Assembly (NCBI GenBank): GCA_051362555.1
Contig: CM120646.1
Location: 20,088,001 to 20,152,000 of the forward strand
Reading direction: 5' to 3'
Source: Lingula anatina
Taxonomy: Eukaryota > Animalia > Brachiopoda
DNA: 64,000 nt
Below are positions 38,607 to 64,000 of this stretch, piece by piece (within the stretch, counting starts at the first letter, position 1; every line of letters begins with the position of its first letter). The notes below the pieces were generated by a model, which saw nothing but the letters and a program-made list of their open reading frames with translations, made no database searches and was not told the origin of the DNA. The position numbers were made by a program, and so were the translations under genes.

Positions 38607-41600
38607 AAAAAAAGAAAACCCATTATACTTAAATGTCACGAACAAAGTATATTGTTTACCTTCAAATAAAACTTCTCCCCCATTCTCTTCAAAGCTCCAC
38701 TTCAGAAATCTAACAAAAAATTCTCCATAATGAGAATCCATTATTTTCTTCCTTTGTACTTTTACAGACTTTGGGGCAAAGGAAGTCCTGGTTCTATTGG
38801 ACAAGTATCTCATTTTCCCCGTCAGTTCACTGGTTTTGAAGACTTCTAGATCCGCATCCCGCAGAAGGTTTACCCTTTCCTCAATCCCTGCAAGGCATTC
38901 TTCCAGAGTTTCTTTTGGCTTCTCATCCTAATAATGAATTATCAACAACAACATTACAACAATACATAACTTAATCATAATTCATATCTATGAGCGGATT
39001 CTCAACGAATTGAGCCAGGCTTTACAAAGCCGGTGACCTAAAAATGGCGGACGTACATGAAAGAAAACCGCCTAATCTTTTAATAGTCTCTCCGCCTCCC
39101 CACACGTCGTCCCTGCGGGATACAGTAATTAAATCTCGGCTCCGTTCGCCATGCGGAAGCTACCTGAGAAATTAATATCTCTGGTGATATTATCTCCGTA
39201 GATAGTCGATTCGTTGCTGCTCTACGGGCCAATTCATTCCTTTTTCGTCTCTGTTTTGACAGATAATAAAACAGAAGAGCCTTTTTCCTTCGAACGCCTT
39301 CAGCCGCCATGCTTTCTTCACCACGAGTTTAACTGATGAGCATGCGCACTTAATATTTCTCAGGTAGCTTCCGCATGGCGAACGGAGCCGAGATTTAATT
39401 ACTGTATCCCACAGGGACGACGTGTGGGGAGGCGGAGAGACTATTAAAAGATTAGGCGGTTTTCTTTCATGTACGTCCGCCATTTTTAGGTCACCGGCTT
39501 TGTAAAGCCTGGCTCAATTCGTTGAGAATCCGCTCTAACAGACATAAGCCCAGGTTAAAAAATAAATGAACAGATTTTATTGCAGATCTTGACGAATCTC
39601 AGGAACCATCAGAATTCTGTGTTTCCGTGGAAAAACTCATGTCTGATCTAAGGCTGTGTTCAGGATTGATTTTAATGATCTAAGGCTGTGTTCAGGATTT
39701 ATTTTAATGATCTGAGGCTGTGTTCAGGATTTATTTTAATGACATGTAACTCTAAGAAGGAGGCACTTTGATTGCTTTAAGCCTTGAAAATTTAGTGTCT
39801 GACCAGGATGTGATATAATCATAAATAGAATATTGCAAAAAGAAAAGCTTTCCACCCTCCCCCGTACCCCTGCTGTCTGCCATTTGTTCAGTTTTGCTCT
39901 CTCCGTCTTGTTGTCATCATCACTGTCGCCATCTCCATTACCATCAGGCTTGGTAGCAGGCACTTGGGTGTTCCCTGGATCTTTCACATCCCCATTACCT
40001 ATCTTTCTGTCTGCCAGTTCTTTTTCTGAGGAAGGATCTTCCTTAACCTTTGATGTATTCTCATTATCTTTGGTAGACTCCATGGTTTTGGAAATTGGTC
40101 CCTGGTTTAAAAAAAGGTATCAAATTTATTCTTAATTTCGTGATCAAGAGTTAAAATTACATGAAGTCTACACTACAGTCAAAGTGGAAATTGTTGGATT
40201 CTAATGCAATGGTGAAGTCAGGCCAGTAATTTCTATGAATTTTGCAAATTCATCTGCCCAAATGAGCCAGCAATTATCTTTAACTTATTTCCTCTAATAT
40301 GTATGTGTATTTCTGACATGTAAATAACTTTTTGCATATCAATAATTATACGCTTTTCTTTTTAAATTTCATTGCCATAGTTGTTCTGGGCAATGAAAAA
40401 CTGTTGAAACACCTAGATGTGCCCCAATATCATGTATTTTAGAACTTAAAAGTTTAGGAGATATATTTGTGTCTGTAAAACCTTGGCTGCAAAGATCTAG
40501 ATATCATCAGGACCATACTAGTAAGCTTGCAGCACAGTTAGAATTTTCAACATTTCTTTGTTCAAAAAATTTTCAACATGGTCTAAGTGAGGCATGTATG
40601 CTTTTTTTATCACTAAATCAAGATGATTCTAGTAATTTGATATTTTTCTACTATATTTTACATCACATTTATCATTAATTTGTTTCAAAGTTTTTTTCCA
40701 GCAAAAAATATCCCTCTAAAAGGCTATAAGAGCATTTCATCTTTAAGTGATCCCATTGGGGTTGAATTCCCAAGCCTGACTAATTCGGCAAACCCAAGAC
40801 AACATACATGTTGAGTAAGGGAGCAATCACGAGAACTAGGTACAGAATTACATACAAAATAATATGTCTACTAAATAACTTAACTGGGTTTGCTTACTCA
40901 ACATATTTATGGTTTAGAAGTTCAACTCCTTGTTTAACATTTCTATGACCCATTCCTATACCTAGATTGATCTAGCATGATTGACCAATCTTGGAGGGGT
41001 TTCTCGCTAAATTGCATTCAGCTTAAGTGGCTCTGATGTCTAGCATGCCTACTGAAGCTGTTAGGAGGTAATCAACTATCGTTTAGCAGCTTTAGTAGGC
41101 ATGCCAGACATCTAAGCCATTTAAGCTGAGTGCAATTTAGTGAGAAACCCCTTGGAGATGGGTTGATCCTGCTAGATCAATCTAAATATGGGAACGGGGT
41201 CTATAATTACCTTATTTGTTTTCTGAGTTGTGCTGTCAGCTTGGTTTTCACTGGTCACATGGAGGTCAGTCTCAGGGCCAGTACAGCTGGTCACATGAAC
41301 CAACTTGTGAGCAACCTGAAGTCACAACCACAGTGACTGTTATTTTAATTGTAATATTGGATGAGTGAAATTCATAAAGATTGCATGTGCTATGGACCTT
41401 TTTGAAGAAGAGGCCAAGGACTGTATGATATAGTATATCTAATGAAGATCTGCAGAAAAAAAAATCTTACCAGAAGGTCATGAATGAAATAATCAAGACA
41501 AGGAGATGGAAATGAATTGGCCATGTGCTGAGAAAGGACTTGTAAGTTCCACCACAAAAGTAGTCATGTACTGGACACCAGAGCGATACAGTTATAGTGG

Positions 41601-42291
41601 CAGACCTAAGACCACATGGAGAAGGACGGTGGAGGCAAAGCTGAAACAACTGGTTAGTACTTGGATCACCTATTCTAAATGGCCCCAATGACATCTCATA
41701 TGTACTGTACAGTCTCATGACATGGCAGTGGTGCTACAGGACATGAATGGAGAACTAGAATTTTGCAGTAAATGCAGTTTGCAGATTGATGTCATGGTTT
41801 CTGTACCGACTCCTACTCACATGCTCGCCCCACTTGGATTCGGCGATAAATATAATACCATTTCTGATTAAATAAACTAAGCTGTATAAAAAACCATGAT
41901 CATATTAGATCACCACAGTCATTCCCGGCATTCAAAAGGAAACACTGACACCTAGTACCTGTACTTGCATTGGGGGCGTTTCGATAGTCCGAAAGTTAAT
42001 TGGTCCGAAAAGTGGTAACATTGATTTCATCGATTTTTAATCAAGGGTTCACCTTCGGACAATTGAATCTTCGGACTATTGTTACGCCCCCCTTGCATTT
42101 GGGGGGGGGGGGAGGGGGGGACAGATAGGTCTGACTTAGAAAAAATGAGAAGCTACTAGGAATTTGCAGGTTATTTAGGCCAGGGAATTATATCGATATA
42201 ATTCCCTGCTCTGAACGAGACAAGAGACTGTAGACAAACTAAATTTCTTTTGAAATTTTACCTGATTTGCAGTACTGGCCCCACATCCCAT
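33064..42291 (-). CDS. ARM-repeat + TIR + C-terminal SAM-like domain protein with N-terminal MGCGAS lipidation motif (~744 aa)
   Basis: Exons (minus): 42291-42262, 40101-39868, 38927-38660, 38174-37500, 36886-36752, 36506-36369, 35900-35799, 35294-35214, 34704-34534, 34239-34005, 33229-33064; total 2235 nt in frame. ARM: ALNKLASNDANKEKLVEGGIL, AAQCVWTLAF, ARGALW. TIR: HVMISYNW, GYKVWMDVDHM, GSTLEAMAHAVE, SQQYKDSPSCRTEAEYA, VVPL, DGWLG. SAM-like: WTEEDIKKWL...FNGKLL. Confidence 0.88.
33631..33800. mobile_element. hAT-like MITE, copy 3 (inverted orientation)
   Basis: taggcccgtagccggcaatttc...tacaggcctg is reverse-complement similar to 17513-17678. TSD is degraded. Confidence 0.65.
38516..38608. 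repeat. (AAAT)n microsatellite
   Basis: Seen directly; gives the FIYL repeats in ORF 38493-38813. Confidence 0.95.
38992..39535. mobile_element. Young 544-bp foldback/MITE with 181-bp TIRs (possibly PIF/Harbinger-like)
   Basis: 38992-39172 is the reverse complement of 39355-39535 with one mismatch seen. Termini GAGCGG...CCGCTC; flanks TAT/TAA. Confidence 0.85.
39644..39742. repeat. 32-bp tandem repeat x3
   Basis: tgatctaaggctgtgttcaggattkattttaa at 39644, 39676, 39708. Confidence 0.9.
40947..41201. mobile_element. Older palindromic foldback element (~118-bp imperfect arms, short loop)
   Basis: gacccattcc..ctagattgatctagca..ggggtttctcgctaaattgcattcagcttaa..gcatgcctactgaagctg pairs with cagctttagtaggcatgc..ttaagctgagtgcaatttagtgagaaacccc..tgctagatcaatcta..ggaacggggtc. 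Confidence 0.75.
41480..41690 (+). mobile_element. Degenerate RTE-like LINE fragment (C-terminal ORF region)
   Basis: Translates with a stop and a frameshift to EIIKTRRWK*IGHVLRK / TKVVMYWTPE..SGRPKTTWRRTVEAKLK, a typical non-LTR ORF2 tail. Confidence 0.75.
41972..42091. mobile_element. 120-bp MITE with G-starting TIRs and 8-bp TSD (Merlin/Mutator-like)
   Basis: gggggcgt..atagtccgaa ... ttcggactat..acgccccc flanked by cttgcatt (41964-71 and 42092-99). Confidence 0.75.
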
Positions 42292-42620
42292 TTACTCTTC
42301 AATTTCGGAATATTTAAACAATCACAAAAAACGCATGATTTTTTGGCCAGGAATCCAGACAGCTAAAAAGACACCTTCAAATTAGTGTTGCCAATATACA
42401 GGTATGTGGCCTTCACCTTTGGATTTGCAGGTCTTATTTAAAAAATATATAAAGTAAATATGAAGATAAATTTTCAGCATTTAACCCAAATCATAATTAA
42501 AATATAATACTAAGATAAAAAATCTATTATGAATAAGATATTATTCTTCAATAATTAATTATTTATCTTGATTTAGTGGGTATTATTTAAATTTCTTATT
42601 GAACAGATTACACCTTATTT

Positions 42621-42667
42621 GGAACCTTCCAGAAGGTTCTACCTGCGTCACTTCCTGTGAGTATAAA
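42621..42667 (+). promoter_or_regulatory. HSC70 promoter: four-unit heat-shock element and TATA box
   Basis: gGAAc-cTTCc-aGAAg-gTTCt (42621-42640), TGCGTCA and CACTTCCTG motifs, TATAAA at 42662-67. Non-coding exon 1 ends at 42771 (cag|gtgag). Confidence 0.85.
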
Positions 42668-43782
42668 GCTAAACTTTAACCTCGTGGGTAACCATTCATC
42701 AAGAAAGACTAGTAGTCTGGGAGACGTGTAGAGTTCCTTTAATTCAAGTTCATTCCATTAAATCATCACAGGTGAGCTCAGAATTTGATTTTTAATTAAG
42801 CCTAACGAAGATTTTAACGGCAATTCAGAATTACACTGTCAGATTTTGCAAAACGCCGGTTGGTAGCGGTTAGTAAGGTCACTTTGCCGGTTGATAAATG
42901 AACAAAGAACGAGGAAAATTAATCGATCGATCGATTGTTTTTATCGCAGAGAACATTGAAATGTGATGGATTTGAAAATTGAAACGTGTTACATGATCTG
43001 CATATTCTTATCCAAGAAGGAATCATACTGATTTGAATTCTTTCCGTGGTATCGGTTTCACTTCTCTTTTCGAGAGAAAAATTGATCTCACGCGGTTGGT
43101 CACGTGGTAGAAACGTGGTAAATGATTATCAATCAGGGATATCTTATTGAAAAAGGGGTGGGGTAATCTTGAGTTCAATCATTTGTTTGAAGTCTAAAAT
43201 CGCTGACCACCAATAATCGTTGATCACATAATTTGTTAACACAGTCATGTCATTTTCAAATTAAAAAATATCCAATTCTAGATTTTTCTGTTCCGCCTTT
43301 GTTAACGGCATGACTAAGCAGAACGTGCCCAGTTAGTAGAAAGATGGATCAAGAACTATTGACTCCTCCTGTTTCAAAGTCCACATATGGTTATTTACAC
43401 ATAAATAACTGATTTGCTAAGAGAACAAAGGGTTATATATTTAATGATTATCAGACTCTTGGTGTTAAGTCTTAAATCCAGATTACTGATTTACTTGTTT
43501 GACTTGTGAAAGTGAAACTAGGTCTGAAATTATTCTTTTAGGTTCTTATTGACGTTAAATATGACAGGATTTAGATAATGTTAGATATTTATGGTTACAT
43601 AGATTAATTGACTCAAAGGGGGCTTGAAGAGAAATAAATTAACTGGTAAACTAATGTTTCCATTGTCGGAAATTTATTGGCTTGAATGATACAGGTACAC
43701 ACAAGCCTGTCCAAGTCCCATAATATTTTATCCTAGAAAAACTTCATTAAATATATATCTTTTGAACATCCTCAGATTCATT

Positions 43783-49590
<5,808 letters not shown>

Positions 49591-50187
49591 ATGCTACTGA
49601 CGGAATGCTGGCTCTTCACACACAGACCTTTCGTCTCTTTGTTTGTGTGTATTTAAATTCTTAAATTGGATACATTTAGTTTTGGACTTGAAAACCTCGT
49701 TATCGTTGCTTGAAATCCATGAAAGTTTTTGAACGATTTACTTCTCATTAACCATTTTCTAAGACAATCGTAAATATGCTTTTCAATATGTTGATTACCT
49801 CGTTTACAGGAAGAAATATCGTAAATGTGTACAGCACATACCAGTATTATATATTAATGAGTAAGCACTATCTTTTGATTTATGGGCGTAAATAGATACT
49901 ACTAAACTTGAAAAGTTTATACTGAGGGACGGATGTGATCATTCCAGTTTAATCAAATACGGCATAGACAGGGACTTCGTGTTACATTGTTGTCATATCA
50001 AAGACTGTATTCGTTTAAATGTTATTTATTGTTTTAAGATAACATTAAGTTAAAGACCTAGATAAGGTCTGTCTCTAAATATAGAAAAAAAGACACTGAA
50101 TCCGTTTCTACAATCATATTTATTAGTCGTTTCCATCTCGTGTTATTGATGTTTGTCCTGTATCACGTTTTCATTCCGTTGAACTTG

Positions 50188-50193
50188 AATAAA
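50188..50193 (+). terminator. Probable HSC70 polyadenylation signal
   Basis: AATAAA ~600 nt after the stop, followed by GT-rich ttgtttgttgttt. Confidence 0.55.
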
Positions 50194-50782
50194 AGGAAAA
50201 CACTGAGCATTGTTTGTTGTTTTAGGAGTGCCGAATTACTCGTCAATGAAGCTATCTAAATCTACTTGGCAGTGCTTAGCAAACTCGGTGCCTTGAAAAT
50301 TGAGCAAATCGGTTAATTAGACCAGTTTGTTACATGAGCACAATTTGATAGAGTGCGGAATAAGAAATACTGAAGACTCATCGAAATATGATGGAAGTTT
50401 ACCTACGTGAAATTTAACATGCAATTAACCCCAAAATCTTTAAATGCACTGAATGGTGGAACAACTGGGTGTAAATGTTTTCGCAAATGTAGCTGCACAT
50501 CTTAAGGGCATAGAAATGTCCCGACGTCATATTTTAGATCGTTACACTCCGAACAGTTATTTACCTTTCTCAATTCAGACTTAAAAAAGACCTCTTAAAA
50601 TAGAAATAGCAAAAAAAAAAAAAAAAAAAAAAATCTTATTAAAATGCAGGGACGGGCCGATTCCGTTCTTTTGTGAAACGTATTCCTGTGCAGGAGAGGA
50701 ATCCTCCAGAATTCCGAGTTAGTCCGTCCATTCCACAAAAATTAGTGCCATATGATGCTGTTTAGTAATTCCGCACAAAAAC

Positions 50783-51722
50783 TTAAATCGTATTCTGATA
50801 TATTCCAGTAACTGCTGGGTGCCTGTAATTTGTATTGTTTGTTGCAGTGTCAAGTACAGTATAATGGCTGTCATTGACTTCATGAGTTTCTGTCACGTGG
50901 TCAGCTGTTGACGTAGTTCTGGCCTCCAGAGTTACATACTCGTGTTCACTAGCAGCACTGTCTGGTGGACCTAAACTGTTCTGGTTTAACCCCCAGGAGG
51001 CGAATTGATCCATGTTAACGACCTTGGACTCCTGAGAGGCGGAATTCTGTTTTCTGAATCGAAACGAAATACAACATTGCAAATCCTTGTTTACGGAAAA
51101 CGTTTAAGGAGCAGAAAATGAATACCGGTGTGACGAAACTGAGGGTCGTGTAACAGAGTCCACCTTCCATTTAATTATACAGGTTAGGGTTAGCATGACG
51201 TAAGTGGGTCGAAATCTAGGGCGAGGCTTTTCTGTATAAATTAAAGGGAACCACGCATACTCTCTATCATTGGGGACTTGTCACGTCACACCAGAATATC
51301 TCCTTCATTTTCAACGAGATCATCGCTGGCTAAGAATCTAAGAATGAATTCTAGATGTTTCATATTGAAATATTTTATATCTTTTATATCTTTTATGACG
51401 AGGTGACGTCATAACCAATAAAATGATATCCAGGAATGCAAGTAAATGTCACATTCTGCCCGTAGACGAAAGGCCCCCTGCTGGGAGAATTGATGTTTAT
51501 TTTATCAAGCGGAAGGTCACATAAAATGGGAACACATCTGGGTAAACTGTGGTCAAATGTACCATCGGCTTGGCAAGTTAGGCTCTTTACCGTTGACGTG
51601 TCGTTGACTTGAAAGCCTGTGTTGGCTGTTGCAGGTATATGTCACATTTTGGTCTTCATTGGCACCTAAACGCTGTGTCACCTGTCTCAGGTGAGCACCT
51701 GGAGGGGGGTCTTCACAGGTTC
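50783..51722 (-). pseudogene. Disrupted sushi/CCP-domain receptor gene with Tyr-motif cytoplasmic tail
   Basis: From the acceptor at 51722: TCEDPPP..QNVTYTCN [7-bp insertion 51625-31] TGFQVN..SLTCQADGTFDHSLPRC-VPILCDLP..FVYGQNVTFTCIPGYHFIG..* (TAA 51393-95). Terminal exon 51053-50783 has HEYVTL, SHYTVL, GIYQNT. Confidence 0.6.
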
Positions 51723-54700
51723 CTAAAAATTAAATATGTATGACATATAGCCAAAGTTCGAAATACAATGTAGGTCCCTTCCTTAATCACGCCACTCCGA
51801 AGGCATGCCCCTACCGACATGCCGCGTTTTAGCCTGTCTTATCTTTTTAAGGTCACTCAGGTTAGCAATAATTAGGGTTTGGGTATTTCAGTTCCGTAAA
51901 GTGATAGTGTTAGGGGCAAAGGGGACAACAGTGTCTGTTAAAAGTCATTGCTTTAGTCAGCCATATCAAAGGTTTTGTGACAATTGTCACGGTGAAATTT
52001 ACGATAATTCGTTTAAAATAATATCTCTAATTTTCAAAATACAAACACGTGTTTACCGCCTCCATATATCAATATGCTGTTCCCTTACACTAACACGTGC
52101 GGACAGAGCAGTTGTATCAAGGAACACCTGTACTCCATTGTATATAGATGTGTGCTGCAGATTACTTTTGAATAAATTTTTATCGAGGAAGAGTATAGCT
52201 AAACAAAAGAAGAGAAAAAAAGTTAAATATGCATGTACAAGCTATGGGCACCAGAAATTTAATAAAATGAGCAGTAAACGACGATTTGCTTTTATCTGTG
52301 GGCAGTGTTAATGATAATAACCCTATTTATAAGGGTCAAAGATATGTCTCAGGAATTTATAGACAGGACAAAATATCTCGGTTCTACAGAAACCTGGTGG
52401 TAGCGCTTTAGGGTAGGAAAAATCACATCTTGTCTTCTCTAAAACAATCCCGCACAGGTGTTTTTTTTATTGGGTTCATTTTATTTACCTATGAAACCTA
52501 ATGGCTTGATTTCAAGTGTAATGACTGATATAGTCTGGCTGGAACAACCCCTACCAGTTCATAAATAAGCAAACTTAATCAAGCATACTTACGCGCACTT
52601 AATAGTAAAATTGTCCAGCAACATCACAATGGACATACAGTACAGTGGGACCATAACTCTGACAGTTTAATCAAACAAAGAATATAGAATGACCAAGTCC
52701 CATGATCTGCTGAACATGTTAATATACATTTTTTAGATCAGAAAACTGTTGTGCCCAAGTAATATTGAAGGAAAAAGCTAAAGTACCAATTTAGTAATTG
52801 TAATAACTACAAGTGTAAATAACAAGTAGATTTCAAGAACTACATTGTAACAGAAGGCTGTGGAGTGAGGCACCCAAAGAAAGGTGCCTTATTTATTGAC
52901 AGTGTATAGGTATCAGTTACATTTTGTGTACCTTCATTGCACTACATGATATAAAACAAAAAGACCTTGTCCGTTTTCCACCTCCATAGGATCTCCTTCT
53001 TCCTTAATGCATCTTCGAGCAATTTTCTTGTCCTTCCAATCCAGCGGTGCTATTTATTATATTCACTTTCCTTTCTTATAGGTTACGCAACATTAGAAAT
53101 AATTAAATGTGATCTGGAAAATGTCATTGAGGGGAAAAATGCTGTAACAGGACTCATAGAGTGATAACCAATTAACCAAATAATTGATAATAATACTTAA
53201 CTGGTAGCTTATGCAAAATAAATTATATCCCTTTCCTTAATGGTATAAATTAACAAGCATTGCAGGACTTAAAGAAAAAAAATCTTCAAAATAAAAATCT
53301 CAAACTGCCTCAAACTAAAAACAAAATACTACACTGAGTAGAAAATGTGGAATATTTATATCAGAAAAATTTGACAATAAACACCTTATATAATAAAGAA
53401 AAGGAATGCAAACTTCTTGTAAACAATTAAGTCACAAATGAGCTGGTGATTCTGACAATTGAATTTTTTGTTTCAGAAACATATCACAAATAATTCATTA
53501 ACACTTGTTTTCAAATTCTACCTATAAATCTTTTAAATATTGTCACATTTCAATCATATATGATAGAGTACAATATGCCTGAAATATATATTATACGTAA
53601 CAAAAACTCAAAGCGAAAAAAAAATTCTTAACATTTACCTAATAATACATCACAAATGATAATTCTTTCTAAAACCCTTAGCCCTAAAGCAAGTACTTTT
53701 TAAATAGAATTTGAACTATACCATTTGAAAGATGTTCATACCTTTCTAACATTCCAGACTGTGAAATCATTTTCACCGGTAACAACAAAATTCTCATTTC
53801 TTGACCGTTTAACCCTAAAGACCCTCTGTGATACTACAAGTTCATGTAAATAATCAACCTCGTAACATGTTCGACAATTCAACTCCATTTATTCTTAAGT
53901 TTCTTTTTCAATTTAAATGAAACCTATTAAATATTTTTGTCAAAAAAAAAAAAAAAAAAAGGGCCCTGTGCCAAAACCTACAAATATTTCAGTTTTTTTA
54001 TGCATTTTGTTTGTTCCAAGCTGAGGGTTAACTCTGTCACTATTATGCTACACATGAGAAGTGATAAATTAATGTGGAATGTCTGTTTTAACATGCCATT
54101 AAGTTAAAAATGCTCATAGTCCAGTTATTGAAATGCTACAATGTAAAGCATGGGGCACAACTACTGTAACAGTAATATCTCAGTCTTTTCAATGGGGGAG
54201 AATTGTGAATTGTACACATGCTGTATTTTATTAAGTCATAATTTCTTAAAATTATAGCATTCCTACTGGGTGGTGAATGATGTTATTCAATCTACTAGTG
54301 ACTTTAACTGTGTGATTATGCTGAGGGGAAACAGCTGTGAAACCTTGTAAATTAAAACACAATAACAACATCTCAATTTGCAGCTGCACTAGAGATAATA
54401 GAATGGTGAAGAAAAGCAAAGAATTTCTGAAACAAAATGATGCACAGTAAGAGCAACAACTTGTAGTTCTAAGTAATTTCAAATATTACTTCATATGTTG
54501 TTGCACATGCACGTGATACCAGGCAGATATAGCCATATTATGAATGAAATGTGGAGGAGTAAGTGAAAAATCTATAAATAACACACCATGAAGCGCAAGT
54601 GAATTGACGTGAAATTACATGATCTTACTATGTAAAAAATGATTTCTAAAATCTAAATCTAACACCTATAACAAGGTGAATTATGCTGTGTTGCTCATAG

Positions 54701-54730
54701 TATTAGAAGAGACGTCTTCTCTGGTACATC

Positions 54731-63052
<8,322 letters not shown>

Positions 63053-64000
63053 GATTTCCTGTGTGTGTGTGTATGTTTTTTTATCTAAAAAAAGAAGTTA
63101 AATATTGCATGGAGTTGAACTAATTGATGTAACATGTCACATACGTACTGCACTAAGCTAGCTCACTTTTTTAAATAAAAAATATATATTACAAATTCAT
63201 GCAGTCATCACAATCAATTGGAATTTTTCATTTGATGTTGACACTCGTACCCTTTGAAATTACCAGCATAATTGTGATATGTGTCATTTCAAACTCATGT
63301 TAAATTGTATTATAGACCATTATAAATGCAGGTCTGTTTGGGAAAAAAACTGTACAAATACATGTACCAGACTTGTCTTCAGTCTACTACTAGTACATGT
63401 ACATCATTATAAAATGCATAATTCATACTCCTTCGTGTTCCAAGTTCAGACCAATTAAGATACCACTAGAGATGTACATACTACCATTAGTATTATTCCT
63501 AAGTAGTATAATTAATTATTTAATAAATATCGAAGTCAGGCAGTATAGTTAGATTTATTACATGCTGCGATGCAGTTGGTAGAAGCATTCCTCTTGGATA
63601 TCACGACGAACATATTGAAATACAGGCTGCATGTGTAGATACGCAAAAGAAAGCTATGCTGATCATTATCGCTGACGACTTCCGCGAGTGTTTACATTTT
63701 TACTGTATGCACATTGAAAGTCACACGTGTCGCTTGCAAAACTTCCCAAATGATTTTGTCATTTCACCATCAACAACACATCGGAGATCGTAGAGTTATA
63801 CGTGAGTCTTGAAAACATTCATTCACCCTCAAAATTACAACAAATGCGAAGAGTGACAAGGATCACAGACGGTCAAACTCACCGCTAATATTACCGTGTT
63901 CTTATCAGTTCTTGTCCTCGCTGGTCTACCAGTCAGCAAAGAGGATCCTTACACACCTCTCATCATACAAATATCATTGGTTTCTCGTGGAAGAGTCCAT

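Noticed and set aside
39080-39483. ORFs inside the 544-bp foldback element
   Set aside because: Short, with no transposase motifs; the element is non-autonomous.
33064-42291. Calling the TIR gene SARM1
   Set aside because: Domain order differs (TIR before a single SAM-like domain) and SARM1-specific sequence is not recognisable.
51805-52311. 168-aa plus-strand ORF
   Set aside because: No recognisable domain or exon context; composition looks like translated non-coding DNA.

Overview
AT-rich, intron-containing animal genomic DNA; the gene set and TE types suggest an invertebrate, probably a lophotrochozoan (inference). Spliced models were built by hand from GT-AG junctions with consistent phases. 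Left to right: the 3' part of a very long molybdenum cofactor sulfurase gene (MOCOS, +) whose last exon runs into a 38-bp minisatellite; a secreted coiled-coil/C-type lectin gene (+); an unannotated secreted-protein gene (-) whose exon sizes, intron phases, cysteines and last helix resemble IL-6/G-CSF-type four-helix cytokines (top finding); ~9 kb of non-coding DNA; a putatively lipidated ARM-TIR-SAM-like gene (-) head-to-head with an intron-containing HSC70 gene (+) across a perfect heat-shock element; a disrupted sushi-domain receptor pseudogene (-); and cystathionine beta-synthase (-). Introns hold several MITEs with clear TIRs/TSDs, two foldback elements, RTE-like LINE remnants and mini/microsatellites. 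No database searches were possible, so family calls rest on recognised motifs.
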